Origin: Amphiscolops sp. MND2022
Lineage: Eukaryota
Direction of reading: 5' to 3'
NCBI GenBank assembly: GCA_964187785.1
Contig: OZ076420.1
Coordinates: 47,988,001-48,052,000 of the forward strand
Length of the DNA: 64,000 nucleotides
The notes under the pieces are model-generated. The model did not search any database, had not been told where the DNA came from, and worked only from the letters and a program-made list of their open reading frames with translations. A program made the position numbers and the translations under genes. Positions 48,901 through 61,161 of this stretch are shown piece by piece (position 1 is the stretch's first letter; every line of letters begins with the position of its first letter).

Positions 48901-51900
48901 AGCTCAAGTTGACACCGGTTCATTCGGGTGGCTCTTGCTCTTCCTTTACTGTCAAACCTTATATGCGAGATCAATTGACTATTGGAAATGATGTGATTGA
49001 CGTAGATGATTTGAAGACTCGCTATCCACACTTAGAACCAATCGCTCTTAGGAAGTACAGCTACACAAATGTGAAAATGATTCTTGGTCAGGACGTATTC
49101 CACGCTATCCGCCCACTGGAGTATTTCGAATCCGACCGCCGAAATACCCCAGTTGCCGTCCGTTTACCGTTGGGCTGGGTACTGAGTGGACCCCTTCCGT
49201 CGACCACGGGTCTATTTTCGACATGCTTCAAAGCTGTTACTCAGAAAGAGCACGATTGTACACTCTCTGACCGACTCCGAAGCTGGTACGACATTGAGTC
49301 GTACGGCGCGTACAATAAAGTGGATTCCCGTTCTGCAACCGACGCGAGAGCGACAAAGATACTTGATGAAACAACATACCACGATGGGTCCCGATACCAA
49401 GTGGATAAGTTGTGGGCCGACGATGAAAGCTGTTTACCGAACAATTATTTTTCTGCACTTATTCAACTCAAATCGCTAGAGCGCCGTCTTCAAAAAGATG
49501 CTGATTTGAAAGCCAGTTATACGAAAACAATTAGCGACGATTTCTCGAAAGGCTATATTGTTCAAGTGGACAAAACCGTCTGTTTTGAAGTAGACCAGCC
49601 CCGGGAATGGTATTTACCGCACCATCCGGTCGTGCATCCTCACAAGCCTGGCAAAGTCCGTAGGGTTCTTAATGGAGCCGCAAAATTTCATGGTCAGTCC
49701 TTGAACAGTGCTCTTCTAGCAGGACCAGATTTGCTACAGAGCCTAATCCACATTCTCTTCCGTTTCCGTCAATATCCTTTTGCTGTATCTGCAGACATCG
49801 AAGGAATGTTTCTCCAAGTTGGAGTTATCCCACGTGACAGACCATCACTTCGATTTTTGTGGCGGGAGCACCCAGCAGCTGAATTGCTGTTTTCGAGTAT
49901 GTTCGGCATATTTTCGGCTCCAAAGATTCGCCAACTTGCGCTAACTACGCATTGAAACGGACTGCCACAGATAACCAAGCCAACTTTCCAGATGCAGCAC
50001 GAAACGTTCACAACAACTTTTATATGGACGATTACCTCGAATCAAGTCCAACAGTTATCTTGTTTTGTTGAAATGCTTGCTTTGGGAGGGTTTAAACTGA
50101 CAAAGTTCGTGTCTAATGTACCAAGCATCCCCATCGAAGTAGATCCGAACACGGAAGAGAAAGAGATTCCGACTGCGGAGAAATTCTCGCACGTTCTTGG
50201 AATGAAATGGAATCACTCAACAGACACCCTAGTTGTTAGCAGAGGAACAAGTCCAAACACCGACCGAAATGTCACTCAAAGGGTTGTTCTGAGTTTGGTA
50301 TCCGCTGTATACGACCCAATTGGTCTCGTCGCGCCGTTCACCATCAAAGCGCGCCTGCTTTTGAAAGACATTTGGAGGCTCAGTGGCCAGCAGTGGGATG
50401 ACAACTTGCCAGACGAAATTGTAACAAAATTCTTGGAATGGAGCAGAGAGTTGTCAACTTTGAATGAAATTACCATACCAAGAAGTTACTTCTGTCAAAT
50501 TGTTGAGACGATTGAGCTACACGTGTTTGGTGATAGCTCACAAGATGCTTTCAGCGCAGTCGCTTTCTTGCGAGGAAAACTAATAAACGACCACGGTGTT
50601 GTGACGCAGCTAGCTTTCGTCTTTGGAAAAGCAAGAGTGGCTCCTATGAAGGCACTAACTATTCCAAAGTTGGAGCTACAAGCCGCATTACTAGCAGCAC
50701 GACTTCGCGCCGAGGTGCTCAGTGCACTGTCTTTGAAGATAGACAGAACTTTCATGTGGAGCGATAGTTCAACTGTGCTTCAGTGGTTAACTTCTTTGGA
50801 AAAGCAACCCACATTTGTGGCGAACCGAGTATGCGAGATTCTAGACTTAACAACTGTAGATGAGTGGCACTATGTCCCTACAGCTCAAAATCCGGCTGAT
50901 GCGGGCACACGTGGAATGTCTGCAACTGATCTTTTGAACAGTTGTTGGCTGACAGGACCGGACTTTCTGAAAACATCCGAATTCCCGTTCAAACACCCAG
51001 AAGAATTTCGTCTGAAAATAAAGCTTAACAAAGGCGCTCATTCCACTAAAGTTAACGAAATCAAAGAACATCAGTGTACTACAATCACCGCAACAGTAAC
51101 TGAAATTACAACAACTTTCAAATGGCAGAAGTACAGTTCGTACGAGAAGGTTCTGCGCATTGTGGCTTACATGTTGAGACTCCTCCCAAAGAACGAATCC
51201 AAGCGCACCGACAATGGATTGATTACAGATCCAACTGAACTCGACAATGCCCAACAGAGATTGTTCCATTTGGTACAACTCGAGTCCTTTAACACTGAAA
51301 AGAAATGCTTGTTGAAGTCACTCCCCCTCAGCAAGTCTTCTAAAATTGTTGAATTTTCCCCTTTCATTGGACCTAATGGTTTACTGCGAGCTTCTGGTCG
51401 CACAAAACAGCTGGATGTTGCTTCATTCGACATGAAACACCCAATTCTACTAGATAGCCGTCATCCCTTAGTTCGGTTGTTCCTGGAGAACTTTCATATC
51501 AGTCAATGCCACCAGGGTGTTGAATACTTGAGGGCTTTAATCCAGCAACAATACGCAATCGTCAAAATGAGACCAACCTTGAGATCAATTGTATCCAGGT
51601 GCATCATCTGTCGTAAGCGCAAGGCTGAGACGTTAGCTCCCATGATGTCCGATCTTCTCCGGGAAAGACTTGCATACAGAGAACCTCCATTCCGCAACAC
51701 AGGAATCGACTACTTTGGTCCCTTCTACGTGTCCGTGAAACGTTCTACTGAGAAACGCTGGGGATTCCTTTTCACTTGCCTGACTTATCGAGCCGTCCAT
51801 TTTGAAGTTGTGCCGTCAATGGACACTAGTAGTTGTGTGATGGGAATTGAACGATTTGCTGCCCGACGAGGCACTCCGTCAGTTCTCTGGTCCGACAACG

Positions 51901-54900
51901 GCACTAACTTTGTTGCAAGTGACAAAGAACTGTTACAGAACGTCAGAAACTGGAATCAACAAGTCCTCACTGAATCACTTGTCAAGAAAGGAATCCAGTG
52001 GAAATTTAACCCACCCAGTGCTCCGCACCATGGAGGTGTATGGGAACGTCTAGTACGTAGTTTCAAGCACGTGTTCTACGCTGTCATCGGAAATAGACGT
52101 CTGACAGACGAAATCCTTGCAACTACTTTCTGCCTCGTGGAACAAAGTTTGAATGCACGACCTTTAGCACCTGCTAGTGCAGATGCAACCGATTTGGACG
52201 CCTTAACTCCAAATCCTTTTCTACATGGAACTTCAAGTTCAGTACTGCCTTCGCATCAGCAAGCAGACATCGACCATCGCAAGCGTTACGCTCGAGCGCA
52301 CGCTTATTCCGATACAATATGGTACAGGTGGTTAAGAGAATACGTTCCCACTCTGAACCGTCGTTCGAAGTGGTCATCGCACTCAAACAGAGATCTTAAG
52401 ACCGGAGATCTCGTGTGGATTGTTGAACCGACCTCACCTAGAGGGCACTATCCACTAGCTCGTGTCGTAAAGCTTAACTTCGGTACAGACGCCGTCGCCA
52501 GGTCCGCTGAAGTCAGAACAGCATCTGGTAACCTTGTACGCCCAGTGATCAAACTCGCTCCCGTCCTTCCCCTTCCCGAATAAACAATGTTCTGTTTCTT
52601 CCACTTCCTTCATTTATGCTTCATGTATCACCATGTATGAAAAAATTAATTTTCATGTAAAAACATGTTTCGCAAAACATTTTTTTTAAAAAAAATTTTT
52701 TGCACTATAAAACATTCATCTTCTTGGGCCCGGAGGATGTTGCGGTAGCAATATCGTTAATTTAAAATAAACAAATATTAGGCGCTATAGCATAGAGGAT
52801 GCGCGTTAGCCTTCCGATCATAAGGTCTCGGGTTCGATTCCCGGACATGTAAAATATTTTATATTTTGGAAATATCTCTCCGATTTCGGTAGAAATACTC
52901 TCGAAAAGGCCTTGCTATTCAGATTAAAAAGTGACTCATATTGTGTGATCAAGTTTTGTCTCGGCGGTTAATGATAATAATTTTTCCCCAACTTTCATTG
53001 TTATTTTAATTTTGATTGACAATACAATCTTTAGTACTTCTAAAGATTTTCATTAGGTCAGGTCAGGACAGGTCAGGTCAAATTAAATTGAGACAGGTCA
53101 GGTCAGACAATCTAAAAACTAAAGGTCTAGAATTGAAAAGATTGGTAATATCATAAGGTCATAGAGCTATCGATTGGAAGAATGAAAGCGCTGTATGTTG
53201 GAACACCATTGTGGGATACATGACACGTAATACATTACGTCTCAACAGTTCCAAACCAAATGAGCGAAAATAAATAAATGATTTTTTGCTATCTCTTTAA
53301 AAATGGGTATTAAAATGGGTCGAATAAAAAAAGAGAAAAATCGTAACACAGAAGGCTCTGTTCAGAATATCAAGTGCATCTAAATGTGAAGATCTGAAAT
53401 TGAAAAGCTTGAGACTACAAATGTGATGGCAACCTTAGCGGTCTTGTAGCTATCTCCTTGGGGCTGCCACTCGATCATGAAGAGAAGTCGTTTGTTGCCC
53501 CCCTCTATTCGCGTGTAGGTCATGTCATAGATCACGAAGTGGGGTCCTCGTTTGCACGACAGAATGGCCTTCAGTATCTGCAAAATTAACTCTGTCATAA
53601 CACTATATATTATATTGAATAGCCTCATAAGACACCTCATCAGAAACTAACTGTTCCGAGAGTTGGAACCGGGCCCAAATTTATAGGCCCAGGCCCGGCC
53701 TGGCCCGGTCAGTGGCTTTGAAACATCTACTAATTTTTGTGAAATGTGTATAATTCGGATCCTTTTTGTTCTACACCTATCGAAATACAGGTCAGGCCCG
53801 GCCCGTTTTCATGCCCGGTCCTGTTCCAACTCCGAGTGTACCTAAAAATTGCCGCCCTAGCGAGAATGTTTAAAAGTGTTACATGCACTTATAGATTGCA
53901 AGATGAACCTATCAGGTTTTTAAGAGCTGTTTAGTGAAGTTATTATGATCAACTTTTCAATGCTGTGTCGCTAAGTCTTCAGGTTTTTCTTTCGACTTCT
54001 ATACGCGTTTTTTGGATTTGTGGTTTTTCGATGAAACTTCATTCCAATGAAAGTTCAAAAGCGTGAAACACAAGATAAAATAACTCCCAAGTTCAAACCT
54101 ATAGCTAAAGATCTTGACCGATTCAAGAAGCGTCGCAATCAGGTGAAATGAAAATGATAGCAGTTCGAATGACAAGAGATGGAGTACCTTCGAAGTTCTC
54201 AAAATAGCATCCTCAACACAAAACCACAAAAAATGAAAAATAATATAATTTCCAAATTGTCATGTTTTTCCAAGATATTTTTGGATGTTTGAGTCCGTAC
54301 AACGACAACTCAAATGAAGCGACAAGTCAAATCAAGCGACAACTCACATCAAGCGACAACTCACATCAAGCGAAAACTCATTTCAAAAAATTAAAATCAA
54401 TGAGAGAAAATATTTTTTGAATGAATCATTACACAATTATACCTTTTGAAGTTCAAATTCAACAAACTGCATTTGAATTTAGACAATGAAGTATAAGAAT
54501 TTCAGCTAAGCTACTTTGAGAAATTAGTTTCAACAAGTACAAATCATGCAGGAAATTCAATTTCAACACAACAGGAACATCAATTTAGACAAGCAGAAAT
54601 GTCAATTCAATTGCAACAAACAGAGTAACAGATGGAAGGTTAACGTTTTCTATTCGTCAAAAACGTTTTTTTGCCAGGCGTTTTGGGATATAAGGCATTG
54701 TAACGAAGTACCATTGTTGACATTTTTTGTCCGTTATCGAATGGTCACACCCAATAATAATCTCCCGCATCAAATCACACCCATATCGCTGGAGAGTAGG
54801 GCCAGATAGAGGTGTCCGGGAATGTTCACAAACTCATCCTGACGACTTGACAATGCATCTTTCACGTTTCCTTAAGAACAGGGTATATCTGTACAGGCGC

Positions 54901-56472
54901 TTGATGTGGAGAATTCCGCTTGAACCCGACACCTTCAATGCTTTAGTGCCCCGGGAATTGTCTTTTTCGATGATTTCACGCATTTTTCGGATCGTTTCTT
55001 TATACATATTTGTGTTTCTTGCTCCTCCGCGGTTGGTATAGTTTTTTCCTCGCCTTACAATACAGTAGGTTATCGTACGCTCCACACCGAGGATCCTAGC
55101 AATCTCCAAAAAATTTTCTCCCCTATTTGACGCATCTATGATCCTTTCACTGTCGATATTGGATGTTCTGTGGGAAAATTTTTTCCCACTGTTGGATTAG
55201 AAACGACGGTGTTGAATTGGAAATGGCAATACGTGTGTGTTGAATTTGATTTGCCTGCTTGATGAAATTGATGTTCATTTTGCCACGTGTTGAGATTGAA
55301 TGTACATACTGTTGTATTTCATTTTCTCGTTGGTGATTTTGAACTTCAAAAGGTGTAGTTTTTTGATAGGTATTTTTTATAAATGTTAGGATAGTAACAA
55401 AAAATTGGTAATTATCAGTAGTATTATTTAGGTATTTGTAACATATCGGCAAATCTGGTGAGGGTTGTTGTTTATTTCCTAACCTATTTGAGGTATTGTG
55501 TGATAAGAATTGTCACTTTTTCAAATTGATATGATTTATCGCCTAATATGAATTGTCGCTTGATATGAGCTGTCGCGATGTCTTTTAAGCCAAATTTTTT
55601 TTCTTTTGTGATCACTTTCTATTCAAAGGATGTGTCAGTTTACTGGTGTATTTTGGTGTGAAACTGTTGTTGATCCGTTGAGATGTTATCTTTTATAAGG
55701 AACCTATTTTCCCAGAGTACAGAAAATACCACAATACCATTTGGCCTCTTGTATATACCTAGCTGGTCATTCTTGTCGGAAAAAGCACTCTCTTTGTTTT
55801 CAAATGTTTAGTAAGTGCTGTGTAGAATTTTATCAAAACGAACGCGATTGAAAAAACATTGGACGTGACAAAACAACGTTCAGGTTTAGTTTTTTGGGAG
55901 CGAAGGCGATGAATTCATATGATATGTATTCATATGCATTCATATATCGCATCAAGGGCCCGATTGGCGACTTTCAACAGATTTATGAAACGCCTCATTT
56001 AAAACATCAAATGAACCAGACGTCCATTGAACAGCGGGATACTTTTCTCCCCGAACTCTTTAAGGAACAATATTCTTGAGGTTCGCGTGTAGCAAATAAA
56101 ATGTAAACTTGCCAAAATGGAAAATTTCGAAATCTTGCGGTGCAACGTATCAATTGCACACTACAGCATGATCGAAATAGGAAGTTAAAAATAGAAAGTA
56201 ATCTTTCTTTCCCATGTAGAAAAATACGGACCTAAAATTATGATGAAAAACATCGAAAAGAAACTTACATCCCAATTTCGACAATCCCAGTATGGCTCTA
56301 CGCTAAAGGTGACTTTTCCGGACTGATTTTCTTTGTTCCTTTGGGTCCTACCTCCCGGAAGTTCTTCTTCGAAAATGACGAAACCGCCGGGGTCCGACTG
56401 AAACTGCAGATTGGAAAGGGCTCCCTTGACTGCGCTGAAGTCGAAAAGTGCATTCCCATCATCGCAGCCCAT
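42921..56472 (-). CDS. ADF/cofilin-like (ADF-H) protein, 154 aa, 3 exons: 56472-56269, 53577-53434, 43037-42921
   Basis: All junctions are GT-AG phase 0. ALSNLQF..GFVIFE, PHFVIYDMTY, LLFMIEWQP and ITASSLDQL align with the cofilin pattern FxxLK..FIIF / YxxYD / xxFxxWxP / xxAxxxxEx. Confidence 0.75.
43052..43151. repeat. (TCAGG)n microsatellite, continued at 53053-53106 beyond the LTR insertion
   Basis: Direct reading. The LTR element splits the array at the TTAGG variant unit. Confidence 0.9.
43152..43467 (+). repeat. 5' LTR (316 bp)
   Basis: Differs from the 3' LTR only by attaaggcgc versus attaggcgc on manual comparison. Confidence 0.97.
43196..43264 (+). promoter_or_regulatory. tRNA-like internal Pol III promoter module inside the LTR (also 52781-52849)
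   Basis: A-box-like tagcatagagg at 43203, gcat/atgc D-like stem, cttccga loop, T arm tcggg-ttcgatt-cccgg with B box ggttcgattcc at 43246. No acceptor stem. Confidence 0.7.
43616..44478. mobile_element. CCC...GGG TIR element with TC TSD nested in the retrotransposon leader
   Basis: Perfect 20-bp TIR cccagtgacacgaatcttgg / ccaagattcgtgtcactggg. TC at 43614-43615 and 44479-44480. gatcttggcaag arrays. Confidence 0.9.
45026..45685 (+). CDS. Accessory 219-aa ORF, putative SGNH/GDSL-hydrolase-like fold with basic C-terminal tail
   Basis: Intact ORF. VFILGASS (block I-like), PGLSL (II), IVIWHDVLNNS (III), AIHQ (V-like), tail SRPKRPNKRARKALK. Fold call is motif-level only. Confidence 0.55.
   Translation: MVFILGASSLHHALETLSTEENSFLKEKIYTIPGLSLNNHAKNPQKIVQNLLLKDFAEKNEIVIWHDVLNNSLSKHKSNNFRALSVSELLDILRSLENKLRALVYCHRIRTPDISDILKTQSIPVFRIETDFFSTRKQNDPKILKELKAIHQRPEFELKYLDIILRKETDLAQITAKSRPKRPNKRARKALKNAASNQSEVSSSPKDCCCDSVQTSLSG
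46129..52583 (+). pseudogene. BEL/Pao gag-pol polyprotein with at least four disabling lesions
   Basis: DUF1759-like LPEWKLAQFNGD, three Cys-His knuckles, protease LCDSA, WYLPHHPV, YMDD at 50021-50032, RNase H LHVFGDSS, integrase IDYFGP/SDNGTNF/GVWERL. Frameshifts near 47586, 49882 and 50055; TGA at 47739. Confidence 0.95.
52738..53052 (+). repeat. 3' LTR (315 bp)
   Basis: tgttgcggtagc...ctaaagattttca followed by the TSD ttagg. Confidence 0.97.
54300..55580 (-). mobile_element. Decayed Tc1/IS630-like transposon with helix-turn-helix remnant
   Basis: EIARILGVERTITYCIVRRG..RGGAR in ORF 54834-55109. Inverted subterminal aagcgacaactca repeats at 54305-54380 and 55545-55580. Boundaries approximate. 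Confidence 0.55.
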
Positions 56473-58423
56473 TTTGCAGCTCAGCTTTTAAAATTTCATA
56501 CTCAAAGTGAAAGTTCGCACACAAATAAAACAAAAATGATGTTTCCAATGCAAAAATTTTTGAAAAACAATCATTACGACCGCAATCGGGTAAAAACAGT
56601 TATAATATATGAGATTATTATGTATTATAACAGTATTATAATACATGAGATTTTCAAGAGTTGAGAAAAATGGAGTGAAATAGTTTCCTGGATTCTTGCA
56701 CTAATACCTGTGTAGCAACTTTTGTCAATTCTTGAAAATTTCAAACCCCGATTGGCGTCGTAATAATTTTGATAAAAAAATTGAAAAATGCATAATACAT
56801 GTAGCTCGTGAACTTTTTCTTTAAAATAGTTAAAATTATTTTTGTTTTACTCAACAATTCGCAACACCTCAACGAATTTCCAAAATTGGGGAATTTCAAA
56901 AGTTCGCTTCAAAACTCAAGAGGCAAATCAAAAATCAACTAAATCATATAATACTTTTCTAGTTTATCACTTTCCCAAATTGTTTATTTGGGTTTAATTA
57001 TGCTGCGTGCGTCTACTTTTTATTTGAGTATAAAAAAACTAGGTAACCCTTCTTTTAAACTGCTTCAGCTAGGTAAGTTGCTTCGAAAATCTGAACTGCG
57101 TATAAATCAAGATTTGGAGCACCGAAGTCCGATGCGCTTTGAATGGCGACTTTTGACTGAATATATTTTGGAGGTTGAATTGAACTCAAAGCATGCTTAC
57201 ATTGATAGCTTGGTTTGAACGTATTGTATCAAAAATAATCAAGTCATAGAAAAAATATTGTTCAAATTTCAGTTGCTTGAGAAACGAAACGGACAAATGA
57301 AAAAATGTACACCTCGTCTTATAAAATACAAACGAGCAGCTAGCTTTTTATTTGTTCAAGCGTTTTACAATAACGCTCGCCATTTTATGTAGACAAAGAA
57401 AACCTGCTCTAAAACTGAACCATTCCTTGTAAAGTCAGAGAAAAGCTGGATTTTTTGTCTGGATTGAATGGAATTTCCAGATAATGACAGCCAAATGTAA
57501 TTTTATGGCTCTACGATGACAAGCGTGAACAAAAGCTGAAAACATTTTGACAACTGCGTTTTCCCTCTCACTTTTGGATCCAGGTGCTTCTAAAGCCACC
57601 GATACAGTTCATAAAATCATGCAATTCTCAAATTTTTTATAAAGGATCTTCTATATGGATCTTTCCTGTTGAGATCTCCGGGATCGTTATTTTGAAGTTA
57701 TTTGATAGAACGCACGGAATTTAGTTAACATATTTAATGATTTGGTAACACATATACCATAAGAGTTTACAGGAATGTTTTGAAAGAATTGAATGTAGCT
57801 GCGTAAAACTGCCAAAGTTAAGGACCAAAATCTCATATTCAATTGTAAATTGACTATTTATTTTGGGAGAAAAGTCCTTTAAATAGATCCAGTATACAAT
57901 TTTCGATGTTTGAAAAATATGTGACAATTTTTACGAAAGGTACAAAAAGACCAGTATCAGTCTTTTTTTTACTCAAACGTATCAGACGTTCTATCGCTCA
58001 AAGGAAACTTGAATCTCTTGAAGTCAGTGATGCTATTCAATTTCAAAACTACTAAGGAAAGTTTTTCAGGAAAAAATACAAAAGTTACAAAGAAGTGAAT
58101 ACGTTCCTGTAATGAAAATTAATGTATTTGTTTTGATGTCGGTTGAAGCTTTTATTGGAAACCTCAATTTCTTCGTCATCTTCGTCCCACGTAGTATCAG
58201 AGAAAGTTACCAGTTGCTGAACCTCCTGATTAACATTTTGATAGGAAATTGCTTCCAAAAAATTCGTAACATAGTGACTATACTTCAAATATCTAACTTT
58301 ACATCTTATAGTAGACCGACGAATGGATTGCAGATTTCAAGCAAACACAAGGTTATCTCTTGGAGCCGAATAAAATCTAAGAACTCGTTGGTGCAAAAAA
58401 GTCTGATACCTCCTGGAGTATTT

Positions 58424-58884
58424 TTAGTCAGCGCATTTTCCTTTTAAGGAAAATGCCCGACTCTTACAGCCACCTTTTTTCTTTTTTTTCAGACTCGCAT
58501 TGATCGGTCCACATTTTAGAGAAACTCCTGAAACCACGAAGGCCAAGTCCAGCCCATGCAAACTTAGTGCAAAGGGTCCCCCTTTCATTTTTGACTTTTT
58601 TAAGGTAACCTACAAAACAGGACGAGACTAAAGGCTCCCCCTTCCGACTTTTTTTCCGAATTTTTCTATTGTCTCAAAAACGTCCCCCCTTCGAGTTTTT
58701 TTGATGTTTTGTGATAGAATGTATGTTAATAAATTCGAAAGGGTCCCACCTTTTGCATTTTTTGGCACTATGCGACATGTTCCGAAAGAAAAAAATTTCA
58801 AAAATTTCAAGTTTTTTTAAAAAAATTGTTTTGCGCTTTTTGAGCCTTAGATATAGCGCCGACTTTAGACGTTCTCGTCTTGTT
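58424..58884 (+). mobile_element. HINE-like element, full length
   Basis: 5' tagtcagcgcattttcc..ggaaaatgcccgact and 3' gcgccgacttt plus agacg-ttct-cgtct plus tgtttt. Confidence 0.72.
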
Positions 58885-61128
58885 TTCTAGACTTGTATTG
58901 ACGGAGACGTTCTTGTAAACGACCGACAGCCAGGTGTGAACTGTGGTGGGATCGTAAACTCAAGCCATTTAACCTTAGTACACTGGGTTTATGAATTCGA
59001 AAATCACTCCAAGTGTAATATTTCACTTTTGCGGCTGCATCCTGTCACTTCAACAAACGTTGTCTCAGGCATGAGTTTGTTAGGAAGGTCTATACAATTC
59101 TCTGAGCAGGGGAAACAGTATAATATTAAAAACATGTGAATTAAAAGTAAACATACAAAAAACTAACTTTTACAAAGTGCTGTCAGCAACGTTCCATCTC
59201 AGATTGAAACTTGACTTGAAGATGCAAACTGAACAACAATTATGAAGTTTCTTAGAAACTCAGCTCCCCATGGAAGAGTGGGGACACCGCCTGTTAGAGA
59301 AGGACTTATGAATTTAGCAAAGTCCGCGAAGCGCTCGTCTAAAGAAGTTTAAAAAATTGATTTGGAAATCAAAGTGCCCATTAAAGCAAACGACAAGGTA
59401 ACGAAAAACTTGATCGATTTCTCCAAATGAGGAGCCAGAAAGTCTACAAACAGAACAGTTAAATTATAAGAACTCAAGAAAGGTTTGGGAGAAACAACGA
59501 AACGGAAAGATTTGTTGACTAACAAATTCTGCGCTAATGGTTTGGGTAGCTCTTCTGCAGATAGGCTGTTGTGAAGACAGTACGTACTTTGTGAATTTCA
59601 TTGTTTGGCCAACAGAGGGTTGCGTAAAGGTTGGATAATGGCTTGCTGTCAGTACAAAACTTGTGCAACGGCAAGCTGTGATCGGTCGCCTAATGCTTTA
59701 ACTGAGGGGGAGGAACCTGCAGAAATGGTTGTATCGCTCGGGACAGGCACCCATCGCCATAGATCCATTTTATCTCCAGCGGTGAATCACGTCCCGGGAC
59801 AGTGGATGCTTCGACGAATACCGTCCAACCGGTTGCAGTCTTTGATTGCTAATAGTAACAAGCATCTTCCTGACTCTCTACAAACCAATGCTTAAGTAGC
59901 ACATAAAAACAATGCCAGGAACAAATTATAATTCCATTTCCAGGGTGATATCGGATTAAAGTCTAATACTGCAAAAACTAGTTCTCGGGCTAAGAAATAC
60001 GGCCAAAAACGGTGAAGATACATCAAAGCACGCATAAATCTGACAGACCACACAGCTACAAGCTGGGGCGCAGGGGCTCCCAGTACCAAACAGGGATCTT
60101 CAAGCAAAAAGACTTATTTTTCTATTTTTCCGGTTTCCTCTACATAGGGTAACATGATGCTGAAAATTGATAAAAACCGGCTGTTAGCACCAAAACAGTG
60201 TCTTTCTCGAGGTTTTCACAGTCTCTGTGAGCTCTCAAGCCATTTCGTTCTCTGTGTTCTCGCTCGGTCCGCTCTCGTCTCCGTTTTGCATTGAAAAAGA
60301 CGTAAACAGCGAAAAGAACAATCACATGCCTACGTCGTACATTTTTTGACCAATATTTTGAAAATGTCCAAGTTTCAAAATCGCCTGATTTTGGTGTACC
60401 AAAGTGTGCCGTTACATTGTATGAGTCATTTACCAAAGAAAATAAAGGAGCTTCATGATTGGTTACGACAATGACGTGATGATCATGTTAATTGACGTCA
60501 TGTCTCAATTAACAACGTATACATTGTATCACTATGTGATTTTCCGTTTCTGTTGCATTCATCTATTTTCCGAAAAATAGGCCCTGGCGTTGAGGGGCAC
60601 AAGAATATTTCTGCTTCAGGATGCACTATTCATTACTTTCAAAATTCAATAATCAAGACGCAACGAAATTAACTATACCCTAATGGTAATTACATACCGC
60701 ACAATTTACACCGCCTTTTAATTTTCTCAGGCTAAGCAAAAAACTGCAATATTTATATGACGATTCGCATTTGCTATTGAGTGCCGACGAAGCTCTCGGC
60801 GTACCAATATTTAACGTTCATTTCATTTCAATGAACTCTTCATACGAATAATTAACACCCGTTTGTTTCATCTCAATAATTTTGACGTACGTATTATAAA
60901 TCAAAACCCGTTCGATTAATCGCACGAGACTTTAACGAAAAAAGTTCAAGACTTGAGGTAGCCAATCAAAAATGACTAACAAAAAAAGGTCAACAAAGAG
61001 GACTTCAAAAATCACGTTTACAGCTGTCTAACCCTCCAGTGGAGGTAGAAATAATAACAAGAGCTGAATGAGACTATATTGCAAAAATTGAACACACTTT
61101 TGAGCCTGATAAACAAGATCAGAAAATG

Positions 61129-61161
61129 GAAGAAGAAGAAGAAGAAGAAGAAGAAGAAGAA
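61129..61161. repeat. (GAA)11 microsatellite next to a possible decayed LINE RT C-terminus (61260-61460)
   Basis: The repeat is read directly. KANLGRIEKL..NDLMPF only weakly resembles CR1/L2 RT tails. Confidence 0.6.

Larger units (their letters stand above)
43152..53052 (+). mobile_element. Full-length BEL/Pao LTR retrotransposon in the last intron of the cofilin-like gene, antisense to it
   Basis: TG...CA LTRs at 43152-43467 and 52738-53052. 5-bp TSD TTAGG at 43147-43151 and 53053-53057. TGG directly after the 5' LTR; PPT-like gggcccggagga before the 3' LTR. Domain order gag-PR-RT-RH-IN. Confidence 0.97.

Noticed and set aside
57300-60450. Short ORFs (58085-58288, 59605-59895, 59892-60107) as genes or RT fragments
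   Set aside because: No diagnostic motifs or consistent splice phases.
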